Assembly: GCF_018977255.1 (NCBI RefSeq)
Contig: NW_024704742.1
Location: forward strand, 57,414,001-57,478,000
Source of the DNA: Callorhinchus milii
Taxonomy: Eukaryota
Reading direction: 5' to 3'
DNA: 64,000 nucleotides
How positions within the stretch are numbered: the first letter of the stretch is position 1; every line of letters begins with the position of its first letter. The position numbers and the translations under genes were made by a program. The notes under the pieces were generated by a model, which was not told the origin of the DNA, did not search any database, and saw only the letters and a list, made by a program, of their open reading frames with translations. Of the stretch, positions 38,161-50,879 are shown piece after piece.

Positions 38161-39997
38161 AATCAGCAATTGATTTAACCAGTTTCTTACAGAGTGAAAA
38201 TTTTGACATGCATGCTGATTATTTTCTCATCACACATAATACGCACTACATTGAGTTAAGCCAGTATCTCGTGAAAATTTGGCAAGAAGAATGAAGCCAC
38301 ATGGGGGAGTATACATCTGTATAATTTTCATAGGTTTAAAATTGTAAGAATAAAAACAATGATTTTAAAACAATTGAAAGTTTTTAAAAAATTAATTACT
38401 AAAGAGGAAGGATACTCTATGAAATGTAACTTCTATGACAATATTCCTCTTACTCAGATAATGAGCTAATTAAAATTTCCTCAATGCTCGCTGAAACAGC
38501 GATTGCATTGCTGCAATTGATTGATAAGAAAATACCTAATAATATTTTTATAATTCACAATTAGTTGACATCACTCAGACCCCCACCCACCTTAGCCAAT
38601 GCACGTCTGCATTGACACCATAAGCATCCTTTTCACTGCTGAATGCCAATTAGGTGTCTAATCAGTGCTTAGCCCAGCAATGTCTGAGCTTTTTTGTCCC
38701 TCTATAGAACATCTGTTCCATTGTGCAATATAAATGCTGGTTGGTCTCAATGCAAATTACTGAAGTTTGCATTGACTGTCCATGCGGCAAATTACAGCCA
38801 GAATCAAAAACAAAGGAATAAGAACAAAACTTTGTACAGAATAGAGTTGATTTGTTTTTACTCTGCTGATATAAATAAGAGGGTTTAATTTTATCATTAA
38901 TCTGAGCACACCACTGAAGTTAGATGTTAGTGTGAGAAGAATTTTTTACATGGAAGAAATGTCGATGCCAAACATTAGAACAGTTGGGGAGTATTCACTC
39001 ACACAGACGTTCATTCAATAAGAGCACTTATGGCAGTAAGCAGATGGACTGATGAGATTTTGCACTGAAATGTGTTGTGAATAGTTTAATTGAAGCTGGC
39101 GTAACATTTCAACAGGCTCCATCTTCACTGATTAACAGTCTGCTGTATACACAAGCTCAATTTTAACCTTTATCATCATCAATTTCTGAAGAGACTCCTG
39201 AAAACACTGGACGTTTACTGTAAGTTTGTGCCATGATATGCAACATGAATGACAGGAAAAGAGCCCTAAAAGGGAGGAACAGAGGTGATAATAATCCTAA
39301 TCCTTGCATTTGAAATAGGTTTCATAAGATTTACTGTGCAATGTTTCAGAAAATGTTGCAGCATATTTGCAATGCACCACAAACATTAAATAAATGATCA
39401 GTTTTATCTGGGGCATTGTTAGCCAGGTTATTGGAAGAGAGGAAAAGAAAAATATACAGGAAGAAAGAAAGGAGGCAAAGACATGCATGGAGAGGAAAGT
39501 GAGACATGAAGGTAGATGGAAGAGAACCAAAGGTCACATTCTACTTCTCAAGGATCATCTGTTTATAGATTTGAAATCAAGAGGACGCCAACATTTGTGG
39601 AGAAACTTACTGACTCGTTTCCACATAGAATTATTATATTCTGTGAAGCCCTTTGAGGCCTCTAGAAGATGTGATAAGGCACAATATCAAAGGCAAGGAT
39701 TCTTTTTTTATTCTAATTACATGGAATGATACAACATGGAAACAGCCCATTCTGCCCCAATAGTCAATGGCAGAATTTATACTTCACAGGAATCTCAACC
39801 GTTTTTACTCTCCCATCCCTCCCTCCTTACCCCTCTATCCCTTCTTCCTCATGCATGGATCCTTTCTTAAATTGGGAAACTTAAATGAGTGATGGTGTGG
39901 TAAAATTCATGAATTTGTCTATAGAAATCACTTCTTAAAATCTATAAATACGATTTGGAACCCCAGTTTTGTGGGCCGAGAATGAATTGGTGCATGT

Positions 39998-40310
39998 GGA
40001 GTCCAGTAGCGTAGGGTTCGATTCCTGGGCAGGGCGAAACCTTAGATGTTTCCTTACTCCACATGCCTCTGTTTACCTAGTAGTAAGTAGAAATCCAGTT
40101 ATTAGTTGATTGATGGATTGCCAATCGACTAATGGGGGTAATAAACCCTCCGTCCACCCAAACAAATTTGCTTACTCAATTCACGACTGTTTGTGAGACA
40201 CTGCTGTGTTCAATTGGCTGCAGCGTTCGCTCACAAAATATATAGTCAATCCACAACATATTCTGTTAAATGCCTGTGATGAGGCGCTATATCAAATGCA
40301 ACAATTATTA
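39998..40310 (+). mobile_element. S1 SINE
   Basis: GGAGTCCAGTAGC...GGTTCGATTCCTGGGCAGGGCGAAACC...GCGCTATATCAAATGCAA. Confidence 0.85.
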
Positions 40311-41199
40311 TATGTGTTGTCTCTCTTGTCTGAAAATATCTAACATTAAAGGGTCACCTTCTTCATGAGGAACGTGACACGGTATTGTATTCTTCATTCT
40401 TATGTATATCATTTCCAAACAGACATTGTGACAAAAAATTATGTCTGAGTTCTGTTCTTTTTTAAAGAAAAGATTAATCAGAGAACCAGTTATTAAAGTT
40501 ATTGCCTCACCCCAATCCAGAGCAAGGTCCCATTCTCGATTTCCAATCATTGTTGAGTTATCCTATCTCAGTCAGGGCACCAGTAGGGATGCCTCAGAAA
40601 TTATGACTCAGGAAAGAGAATTCCTGTTTAATATCTAGACCCCCACATCCCTCCCTTCAATAACAACATCAAATTATATTTGTATTGCGTCTTTCACATC
40701 AGGAGGACGTCCCAAGACTCTGGACAATCTTGGACTTGAGCTGGGGGTTGGGATCAGGTGGAATGGAGGGCAGGGATGGTAGGGTTGGGGGTGGGGTTGT
40801 TCCTAGATAAATAATAATAATAGTAATCCTTCCATTTAATATAGCACCTTTCACATCAGGAGGACATCTCAAAGCCCTTCACAGGATTTGCTGCGAAGTG
40901 TAGTGACTGCGTATTTGGCAGGTGGGTAGAGAACAGCCAGTTGAGTTGAGGTACCAGGAGGTCAGATCTATCCCAACAACAGTGGGCGACTTCAGCCAAG
41001 GAGGACAGGACACTGCGGGGGATATTTTTATTTCAAAAACCCACAGTCATGTAAGATTTTTTTTCAAACACTTCGAAAGCCAGCAATCCTGTAAGCTTCC
41101 AGCGCTATATTGTGGTGCTGCTGTGCTTGGCCCTGGCCTGAGAGTCCCAAGTTCCAGGTTTGAATGATTTACTCATGTGCATCATGTGAAACCAAAGAT

Positions 41200-41532
41200 G
41201 ACATGACCCTGAACAGCTGGACTGCAGCCTCAATCGCCCTCTATTTAGCAACTGAGAGAGGAGGGTGGGGTGGGGGGGGACACCTTTCCTTATGTGCTTC
41301 AGTGAAGACTACCAGGGCCAGTGGGAGGGGTGCCCTTTTGATCAAGTCGCTGTGAAGATCGGTGCAGTGCATTTAACGACATGTAAAAAGGGTATCAGCG
41401 GGTAATGATTGATACGGTATTTGATTGGCATCGCCCCAGTGGCTGTTCACTGCCAACGAACGCTGCAGCGCACAGACACACACACACACACACACACAGA
41501 GCCACAGCCACAGCCGGAGAGAGGGGGAGACC
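41200..41532 (+). promoter_or_regulatory. Probable ENPP6 proximal promoter / 5' UTR
   Basis: Transposon-free, GC- and CpG-enriched stretch directly upstream of the ATG. Contains an inverted CCAAT (GATTGG, ~41423) and G-rich boxes. The TSS cannot be determined from sequence. Confidence 0.5.
41477..41498 (+). repeat. (CA)n microsatellite just upstream of the ENPP6 start codon
   Basis: Run of about 11 AC units about 35 nt before the ATG. Confidence 0.9.
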
Positions 41533-41776
41533 ATGGCCAAGCGCTCTCCCAGCTGTGCATTCATCATCTTGATGTCCTCCCTCTCCATCCCCTGCTTTGC
41601 CCACCGGAAACTTTTACTCGTGTTGATAGACGGCTTTCGCTTCGACTACATCGGTGACCGGGAGCTGCAGGCGCTGCCGGGTTTGAAAGCCATGGTGGAA
41701 ATGGGAGTGAAAGCGGATTACCTGACCCCGGAATTCCCGAGCCTTTCCTATCCCAATTACTACTCCCTGATGACCG
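41533..41776 (+). CDS. ENPP6: ENPP6 coding exon 1 (signal peptide and catalytic Ser motif)
   Basis: Kozak-context ACCATGG. Translates [40 protein letters not shown]...[18 protein letters not shown], with the NPP-family DGFR metal ligand and the ENPP6-type Ser nucleophile motif PSLSYPNY. Phase-1 donor G|GTAAGT at 41777. Confidence 0.97.
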
Positions 41777-42359
41777 GTAAGTGAGCACTCACAGGTAAGG
41801 TAAGGCGGTGGTTTGCAAAGAGAGAAGTCACCGTCCACCGACTGTGGGATCCGATCCATGTCAGTGGCCAAGAGAGGAAAAACAACTATGGGAATACCCC
41901 AACATACTCTGATCACCGTCAAAGTAGAGGCTGATGACATTTGGCCAAAGTTTATTTGTGGTTCATGAATGCAATCGTGAAATCTTTAAGGAAAAGTCGA
42001 ACTGGAACTAAAATCTGCAACATGTAAGAATGCGTTTTGAATGTCTTTTTTTTGGGGGGAGGTGGGGGGGTGGGGGGGGGTTTGCGCATAACGATGAAAC
42101 GTTTGCCCCTTTGACATGGAATGTGAACCACACTCTTCTTACGGCCGCAGAAGAGAAATGCGTGGACGGTATAAACCGGGACAGTCAAACGTGGGGCCAA
42201 AGTGCAATGAGAGGCAAGGATCTCATCAGACACATTGGGGCTTTTCACTAGCAAGGCAGGAATTCGGGCGAGCGAGCCTTAGAAGAAATCAGATAAAAGC
42301 CACGCAAGGTCTTGAATATGTTATTACTCATTTTCAAAAAAAAATCCAAAAAAAAGAAG

Positions 42360-42750
42360 AATTTGGTCGCTCAATCCATGACTGTTTGTGGGACACCATT
42401 GGCTGCCGCGTTTCGCCCACAAAATATACAGTCGATTGAGACGTCTAGAAGACCTGAAAAGCGCTATATCAAACGCAAGGATTATTAGTATCAGTTCACT
42501 TCACAGTGTATTCTGTGAAGCGCTTTGAGGTGTCTCAAAGACGTGATAAGGTGCTATATCAAAAGCAAGGATTATTATTAAAATGCAATGTATATATGTT
42601 TTTAGGTAAGGTGGTAATAATAATAATTAATAAATAATAATAATCCTTGCGTTTGATACGGAGCCTCATCCCGTTGTTGATCATATCAAAGCGCTTCACA
42701 GAATATACTGTAAAATAAATTGACTGTGTATTTTGTGGGCGAAATCACAG
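42360..42750. mobile_element. Cluster of SINE 3' ends (two on +, one on -)
   Basis: Repeated GCGCTATATCAAA(C/A)GCAAGGATTATTA and its reverse complement. Confidence 0.8.
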
Positions 42751-43889
42751 GAACCAAATTATTGGCATTGCAGTAATATTTTCCTTTCAATTGTATTTAC
42801 GGTACATACTGTACATTGAATGGGACCAATTGTTTCTCATTCTTCCCCCTCGCTGCTCTTCAAATAAGGAATTTGGCTTGACTCCAATGATTTGGCACCA
42901 TTCAATCTTGGATCTCACACAATAGTGTGCATTTCGACCTGTCTCCCCAGATAATAATATAATAATAATAATCCTTGCATTTGATATAGCACTTTATCAC
43001 ATATTTAAGACGTCTCAAAGCATTTTACAGAATATACTGTAAAGTGAATTAACTATATATTTTGTGGACAAAGCAAAGATCACACCATTCCGGATCTGGA
43101 ATCAGGAAAATAGTTTAGAGATTTTGAAATATTGCATGCCCGTTACAGGCAAAAAAAACGTGACAGGTTCACATTTGACGGAGAAACAATGAATGAATTG
43201 AATCAATGAATGATATGCAGCACCCGTACAAAACAAGCTTCCCCAAAACCGGCCTCAATCATTTTTTTTTCGCGAATTGCAGTAATATCGGCTGTCAGCT
43301 TTTCTATAGGGTGGATTAAATAGTGCAGGAAATTGAGCCACATAAGTGAGATACGATTGCAACTTTGAAATCAAAGGGTATTCAGTTCAATATTGGGCTA
43401 TGATTGGGCTATTTTGGGGGGAAATAATATTTAATCTGGGCACGTTTTCATACTGTGAGCCTCAGAATATGTCTGCAGACTGTCACTGATATGGCTAACC
43501 ATGTCCACAGTGAGGATTAACAGTTGTGGGTTTAATCAGTGCAAGTTTATTAATAAATACAGTAATTCACAGCTGAATTTTGGGAAATCACTAAAAAATG
43601 GAGCAGAATTCCTTTGGGTCTAGACTTTTTTCTTAGTCATAGATCTTACAGAAGAAATAAACTTATAGAAAACTGGCTTCAAAATTATTTCTTTCAGTAA
43701 ACTCCTGATAATTTGTTACTCTAAGGGCAAGGGGCTCAGTGGCAAGTTATTCAGAATGGCAAGTTAAACATATGTATAAGTACATAAATAAATGAGGCCG
43801 GGGTATTGACAGCATGATAACTGTGACAAGTTAAAACAAGGTTGAGTGATCAGGAGTTTTCAGTAAATATAATTTAATTGTATTAGCAG

Positions 43890-44421
43890 CAACTTGCACT
43901 TACACAGTACCTTTCATGCAGGAGAACATCTCAAAGCACTTTGCAAAGGACAGTATGGAACTACGAGTAAGGTGGGAAGTGGTGGGGGGGGGGAGGGGGG
44001 GGGGGTGGAGTGGGAGGAAGTAAGAGGAAGGTGTGGTTGAAGAGGTAGGATTTTGGTAGAGTTTTGAAGACTGGAAAAGAGAGTGTGAAATGGAAATATT
44101 TTGGGAGAGGGAGTCTTTCCAAAGGGTGGGAGGTAGTCACATCTATGATGTTATCTCAGCTTTTCTTGGGCCTTCAGACTCTCTGCCCCAACCCTTTGGA
44201 ACTCCATTCCACAATCCCTCCGCCTCGCTCCCCACCTTGCTTCTTTCAAAGCCATTCTCAAAACCCTCCTCTTTGACCACACCTTTGGTCACCCCCCCTA
44301 CCCCTACTTCCCGGTTCATCTGATCCCAACCCCCAGCTCAGGCGCAAATCCTGAATGTCCAAGACTTGGGACATCCTCTAATGTGAAAGGCTCTAAACAA
44401 ATGTAACTTATTGTTGTTGTT
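43890..44421. mobile_element. Back-to-back L2 3' fragments (- at 43890-44135, + at 44155-44421)
   Basis: Both carry L2 3' UTRs. A poly-G run lies inside the first and a (TTG)n tail ends the second. Confidence 0.7.
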
Positions 44422-45463
44422 ATCATACTTTCTGCACATGCAAGGAAGGAAAACCTGCTGGACATTGAAATTTTGGAACAAAACGACTGGGCTGATTAAT
44501 AAGCGTCTATCAAGTGTTGGCACAATACAAATCGAACATCAGAGCATAGAGCAGCCTTAAAGCTTTTGTAGTCCTTTGTGCTTTATACCAACTTTGGCCC
44601 TATATATATTATTGTCAGTTAATATCCATTGTACACACTCCATTAATAATCTTTTGTGATGTTAAAGGCAATTGTGCACATTGACAAACAAAAGGCTATG
44701 CTAACAGCTGGTAACTGCACATAAAATGCCTCTTTCTGAATTAAAGAAGGAATTGTAAATCTATTCCATTCAGCAAACTAAGCAGAGGGAGAATCTGTGA
44801 GTCTCCAAGCTTCAACATCTCCAAGCACAACGACCATTAATAAATAATCTATTAGGCAAGTAGGCAATCTCCAAAGATAGATTATTTTAAAAGCATTTTT
44901 CGCTACAGGGCTATGTATGAGAATTCTAAGATAAGGATAAATAAATCACCACATGGAATGCTCCTTGAATCAAACTGAATCTTCTCTCAATAGTGTTTCT
45001 TTCCTATTTGAGTACGTTGTTCAATATAAGTTAATTAAGAAATAATTGATTTGTAATATGGAGCACAGCACATGATGTTTCATAACAGATTTGTTAATTA
45101 TAGAATGTATTGTTGAATCTATTATCTATTGCCCTATATTTCTGTTGTACAGTGCAAAGATAATGGATGTCTAAGGATAATGATCAACCTTAGTTTAAAA
45201 AGTCATTCAAGCAGTGCACTATATATGTATGTACACATGATTATATGCAGAGAATGATTATTAGTTTCACTGAATTTTGAGTGCAAAGAGGCAGATATTT
45301 TCACCATTGAAATTCAATTGTCTTTCAATTCCAAAGAGAAAACTATGGCTAACCTCCTGTCTAATCTGTCCTAGAAAATCATACATGTGGAGAAGTATCT
45401 CAACTGTATTAGTATCTCTTCTAGACAGTCCAGCTCAGTTTGGGAGTTCATCATGTGAGGAAT

Positions 45464-46130
45464 CAACAACAACAACAAGATTCCATTTATAGAGCGCCTT
45501 TCACGTCCGGAGGACGTTTCAAGGCGCTGGACAGTTGGGTCAGGACCCGAGCAGGGGGGAAATGGTCAGGGTGAGGGGAGGGAAGGGAGGGAGCGAGGAG
45601 GGGGTAGAGAGTTGAGAGGGGAGCTGAAGGCACGGTCAAAGAGAAAGGTCTTGAGACCGGCCTTGAAGGAGGAAAGGGAGGAACAAGGTGAAGGCACTGG
45701 GGGATGGAGTTCCAGAGCCTCGGGGCTGAGAGGCTGAAGGCCCGGCCACCGATGGTAGGGCGGTTGGGGCGGGGGATGTGGAGCAGATCGGAGCCAGAGG
45801 AACGGAGGGTATGGGCAGGTAGGTAGGGGGATAGTAGGTCAGAGAGGTAGGAGGGAGCAAGGCCGTGAATGGCCTCGTAGGTGAGGATGAGGATCTTGAA
45901 TTCGATCCTCTGGGGGATGGGAAGCCGGTGGAGGCGAGCGAGGGTGGGAGTGATGTGGTCCTGGTGCGGGACAGTACACGAGCTGCAGAATTCTGAATGA
46001 CCTGCAGCTTGCGGAGGGAGGTGCCGGGAAGGCCGGCGAGGAGAGAGTTCCCATAGTCCAGCCTTGAGGTGATACAGGCGTGGACCAGAGTTTCAGCAGC
46101 GTGAGGGGTGAGATAGTGCCGTAGTCTGGT
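45464..46130 (-). mobile_element. L2 LINE 3' fragment (CpG-rich, young-looking)
   Basis: (AAC)n tail. Minus strand carries ETLVHACITSRLDYGNSLLAG and RIEFKILILTY-type L2 motifs. Confidence 0.88.
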
Positions 46131-46134
46131 GAAT

Positions 46135-46730
46135 CACTTCAGGTGTGGACCTCAGTAACCTCTCCGGTTGTTCGTTGCAAATCACGGAGCCTGCACTGAA
46201 CCTTGACATTGTGTTTGACCCTCAGCTCCTCTTTAAATTTTCCTCTGGACTCTTATAGATATGGTTTCTTTCATCTTCCAAGATTACCACTGTTATCACC
46301 AACACAACCGTGATCCACTCCTTCGTCACCTCTGGACTCAACTCAACTTCTTGACCTTCAAATGCCTCCATGTACTTGCCTCACTCTATGTTTATGATTT
46401 CCTGTGACCTTAGACCTCAAGTCACTCCCTGCCAATTCTGGCCTGCTTTTTTGCCCTCCCCACCACCCACTCCATTATCAGTGGGTGAGCTTTCAGACAC
46501 TTTTGTCTCCTCCTTCTGAACTCCTTTCCAAAAGCAGAGAGGCAAGGCAGTGTTTTTCAAAGTGCCAGTGTTCTTCGCTTTCAAAATCTCTGAAGACTTA
46601 TCTCTTTTACTTTGCCTTTGTCCACCTCCACCCTACCCTCCCTATCTACCTCCTAGCTCAAGCTCTTGTGCTTCTTTGTTTATCATTTTGAGACATTCTA
46701 CTGATTTGAAATGCACTGTATGCATGCCAG
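46135..46730 (+). mobile_element. Older L2 fragment
   Basis: AACCTTGACATTGTGTTTGACCCTCAGCTC (NLGVxFDPQL-like), CACTCCTTCGTCACCTCT, and LKTYLFYFAF. Confidence 0.65.
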
Positions 46731-47434
46731 ATATTGAATCATCGAAACAATCCTGTTAATTTAGCAATTAATCTTCAGTGAATATTTAGAAGTTGCCAAA
46801 TGCACTTTTCTACTTAAAGCAGTATTATCTAAATTAGAGTTACACAATCTGGTTGGTCAACATTGCAATGCATAATGTGGAAGAGAGATCATGTTATTAG
46901 ATAATTACAATAAGATGGGATATTACGGGATCCACTTTTGACCCCATAACCACCCAGAATATTGTACTAACTTGGAGATTAAAATTGTGATGACTGTGCA
47001 AGTTTACATCGTAAATTAAATGGACTTTTTTAAGGGATAAAAAAAATTGTCTTTGTTTCCACGCAAAGGCTTAGAATAATTTAATGCCTTGATGAGTCTG
47101 TACATCTCACATTCTATGTGTCAGGTGTACAATGTACATTGGCAGGCTTATGATCTATACAGTAAGTCACCGAGATATGGAAAAGGGGAAGGGGCAAGGA
47201 AAGGGGGAGGTGACCTTAGATATAGCCAAAGAGATAGGTTTAAGGCAAGATTTAAAGATAGATAGAGAGGGGTGGGGATGGTGCAAGATAGAGGGTTACA
47301 GCTGGAGGATAAGATGTAATGACTAAAGGCTCAGCTATCAATGGTGGCATGGAGGAGGCAGAGAATATTAGCACCCAAGACCTGGGCAACTGAGGCATTG
47401 TGAAAAATTGCCCTCATTTCAGTTCCATGGCAGA

Positions 47435-48355
47435 ACAACACAACAACAACTTGGATTTATATAGAGTCTTCCACGCCGGACAGCCTCTCAGAGGCTTCAC
47501 AGTGATGAACCCCGGGGCCGAGCCAGGGGGAGGGGGAGGAAGGTGACCAAAGGCGTGGTCGAAAAGAAAGGTCTTCAGTAGGGACCTGAAAGTAGGAAGA
47601 GATGGGGCGAGGCGAAGTGAGTGAGGAAGGGAATTCCAGAGCCTCGGGGCATAGTGGCTGAAGGCACGGTGCCGAGGGTGGAGCGGAGGAATCAGGGGAC
47701 GAGGAGGAGGCCAGACCCGGAGGAACGAAGGCAACGGGTACTGTTTTGAGGAGGTCAGAGAGGTAGGGGCGTGCAGAGAAGTGCAGGGATTTGAATAAAA
47801 GGGTGAGGATCTTGAAATCGAACCTCTCTGGGATAGGCAGCCAGAAGTCTGGCAAGGACTGGGGTGATCGGGGAACGTAGTTTGGTGTGGGTGAGAATGC
47901 GGGCGGCAGAGTTTTGAATGATTTGGATTTTATGGATGGTGGTGGATGGGAGACCGGTGAGGAGGGCGTTCAGAGTAGTCCAGCCTAGAAGTGACAAAGG
48001 CATGGACTAGGGTTTCAGCGGCCTTCGAAGAGAGGTATTTGCGGAGACGGGTGATGTATCGGAGGTGGAAGAAAGCTGTGCTGGTGAGGGACTGGATGTG
48101 GGAGAGGAAGGACAATTGGGGGTCGAACCTGACCCCAAGGTTGCGTACGCGTTCGTTGAGTTTTAGGAGGAGGTCGGGTAGGTGAAGAAGGTGAGAGCCA
48201 TGGGATTTGAGACGTTGATGAGAGCCAAAGAGTATGGCTTCTGTCTTGTCGACGTTCAGTTGAAGGAAGTTTGCGCTCATCCAGCCTATGAGATCTGACA
48301 GGTAGGCTGACAGAACATCAGAGGCTAGGGGTCGCAAAGAGAGGTGGAAAAATAG
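47435..48355 (-). mobile_element. L2 LINE, 5'-truncated
   Basis: WMSANFLQLNVDKTEAILFG...RNLGVRFDPQLSF...AETLVHAFVTSRLDYS; FRSLLKTFLFDHAF. Same subfamily as 13861-16082. Confidence 0.92.
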
Positions 48356-48890
48356 AATTGGGAAAACAGTAGATATGAAAGATCTGATGGGTGGTAGACA
48401 TATATTTCACGGCAAAGGCTACAATATTTAAATCTTGTCCAAATAAACATAACAACAACAAAATTACATGTGGATATCGCCTTTCACGTAAAGAGGATGT
48501 CCCAAGGTGCTGGACAATCGGTGTTTTGGACCTGAGCTGGGGGTTGGGATCGGGGAGGGTAGAGGGCAGGGTGGGGAAGGAGGGTGATCTTCTTTTGCCT
48601 TGCCCCTCTTTGCCCATCTTCAGATCTTACTCAATGACCTCCTCGTTAATTATCCTATAGTTACCTCCCTTTTCTCTCTTGCTCGCTGTCTGACCCCGTC
48701 TTTCTCAAATTCTCAGAGCCGTTAACCTCTGGCTAGGGTACTATATCAATGAAGGTTACTGTTCTGCTTTTTTCCATTTAAATCCCGATTTCACATCCCA
48801 GATTAAGAATTGAGGTTATAATAATAATACTTAGGTTTGGCATAGCGCCTTTCACATCAGGAGGACATCTGAAAATGCTTCACAGGATAT

Positions 48891-49490
48891 ACAACACCAA
48901 CAACTTGCACTCATGTAGCGCCCTCTATGCAGGGTAGCGTCTCAGAGCGCTTAACAGTGGTGGAGCCTGACTCTGATCCGGTGGGTAGGTGGTGGGGGTG
49001 GGTGGTGGGAGGTGGCTGCAAGCACGGTCAAAACGGAAGCTTTTAAAAATAATAATCCTTGCATTTGATATAGCGCTTTTCACGTTGAGAGGATGTCCCA
49101 AAGCACTTCACAGAACACACTGTAAAGTGAATTGACTGTATATTTGTGGGCGAACGCGGCAGCCAATTGCGCACAACAATGTCCCACAAACAGTCGTAGA
49201 TTGAAAATGACCAATTTATTATTGTTTGGGGTTTTGGAGGGATTAGGTGTGTGGAGTAAGGAAACTTGCCCAAGGTTTCGCCCTGCCTGGAATTGAACTC
49301 AGGTCTCTTGCTTGCAAAGCGAGTGCTCTAACCACTGAGCTACAGGACTCCGGAGGCAGGACCTAATAAAGGGGAGATAGGGGGCAAAGCAGAGAGATTG
49401 AAGCAGAGTGTTCCAGAGTTTCAGGACGTAGTGGCTGAAAGCACGACCTCCGATATTGGGACGGAGGGTGCGAGGAAAGTGCAGAAGGCT
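48891..49490 (-). mobile_element. L2 3' end interrupted by an S1 SINE
   Basis: L2 pieces at 48891-49044 and 49352-49490 are colinear with 12093-12370. Confidence 0.8.
49048..49351 (-). mobile_element. S1 tRNA-derived SINE, both ends present
   Basis: GGAGTCCTGTAGCTCAGTGGTTAGAGCACTCGCTTTGCAAGCAAGAGACCTGAGTTCAATTCC head and (TTA)n tail. Confidence 0.9.
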
Positions 49491-50431
49491 TTATATGCTA
49501 GAAAGTATAATGACTGTATAGACCCTTCCCTTCCCATGCCAGGTTAGGTCAGGTCAGATGAATGTATCAGCTTTATTCACTTAAGATAATCGTGAAAAAA
49601 GGCACAAAATTCACAGTAGTCAAAATGTAACTCAAGGACACCTGTTTTAAATACTTTCTTTGATGGCAAATATTCACCATTTGGTTTGCTCTTTGTTTTT
49701 GTGCGAGCTTTATTGGCAGTGAAGTGTGTGCCTTGAAATACTTAATGTACGTAAAGTATAAGAATATAAGAGTATTGGAACAATCAAACTAACAGAAGAT
49801 TTAATATTGTGTCATACAATCATAGAAATTTACAGTGCAGAAGGAAGCCATTCAGCTCAACAAGTCACTGGCTCAAGCAAGCTCATTTAATAGCACTCTC
49901 ATCTCTGAGTCAGATGTTTGTGGGTTCCAGCCCCACTTCAGGACTTGGAACTCATATGTTCTGAGATAATAGTAATAATAACAATAATAATAATAATCCT
50001 TGCATTTAACATAGCACCTTATGACATCTTTGAGAAGTTTCAACACGCTTCACAGAATATACTGGTTGAAACTCTGCAGCCAATTGCGCACAGCAGTGTC
50101 CCACAAACAGTCGTGGATTGAGTGACCAAATTATTATTGCTTATTTTTATTATTTTTTTGAAGGGATTATTACCCCCGGAAAAGCAATCCGCCAATTGAC
50201 TAACAACCGAGTTCCTAAATTATATATTAAAACCGGGATAAAGAGAAAAAAGTGGCAAGGTTACAGTCTACACCCTCTCAGACAACCACAGATATTCACA
50301 CAGCGCATTTGAGGAGATCATGGCAGTTTTAAACTGCATTTCTCATGATGGTCCAACTTGCACATCTATATTCAATGTTTGGATTTTATTTGATTTAAAA
50401 AAGGAAATAAAGCAGAGATAATTATAACAAA

Positions 50432-50743
50432 AATAATAATCCTTGCATTTGATATAGTGCTTTTCACGTCTTCTAGATGTTGCAAAGTGCTTCACAGACT
50501 ATACTGTAAAGCAAATTTACTGTATATTTTGTGGGCGAAACGCCGCAGCCAATTTGGCACAGCAGTGTCCCACAAACAGTTGTGGGTTGAGTGACCAAAT
50601 TATTATTGTTTTTTTTTTCTTGAGGGATTATTACCAGGCATGTGGAGTAAAGGAAACTTGCCCAAGGTTTTCCCCTGCTGGGAATCGAACCTAGATCTCT
50701 CACTTGCAAGGCAAGTGCTCTAACCACTGAGCTACAGGACTCC
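50432..50743 (-). mobile_element. S1 tRNA-derived SINE, both ends present
   Basis: Same head, body and tail as 7394-7711. Confidence 0.9.
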
Positions 50744-50879
50744 TAAATGATAAATACATTCAAAAATCTTACAAATGCACATCCAAGTCCAAAGTGCCTT
50801 TTATTCGAAAGACAAAATGAGTTGTGTTTAGTTCTTTCATTTCCCCTCCTCCCCTCCCCCCATTTGTTCTATACAATTG

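Noticed and set aside
41425..41532. N-terminal extension of the exon 1 ORF (MASPQWLF...THTHT)
   Set aside because: It starts at TTG, runs through a CA microsatellite, and would displace the signal peptide. The ATG at 41533 has a strong Kozak context.
49280..49351. tRNA-Ala-like sequences (also at ~7640, 16120, 31360, 50670)
   Set aside because: These are SINE heads attached to SINE bodies, with imperfect stems. They are not tRNA genes.
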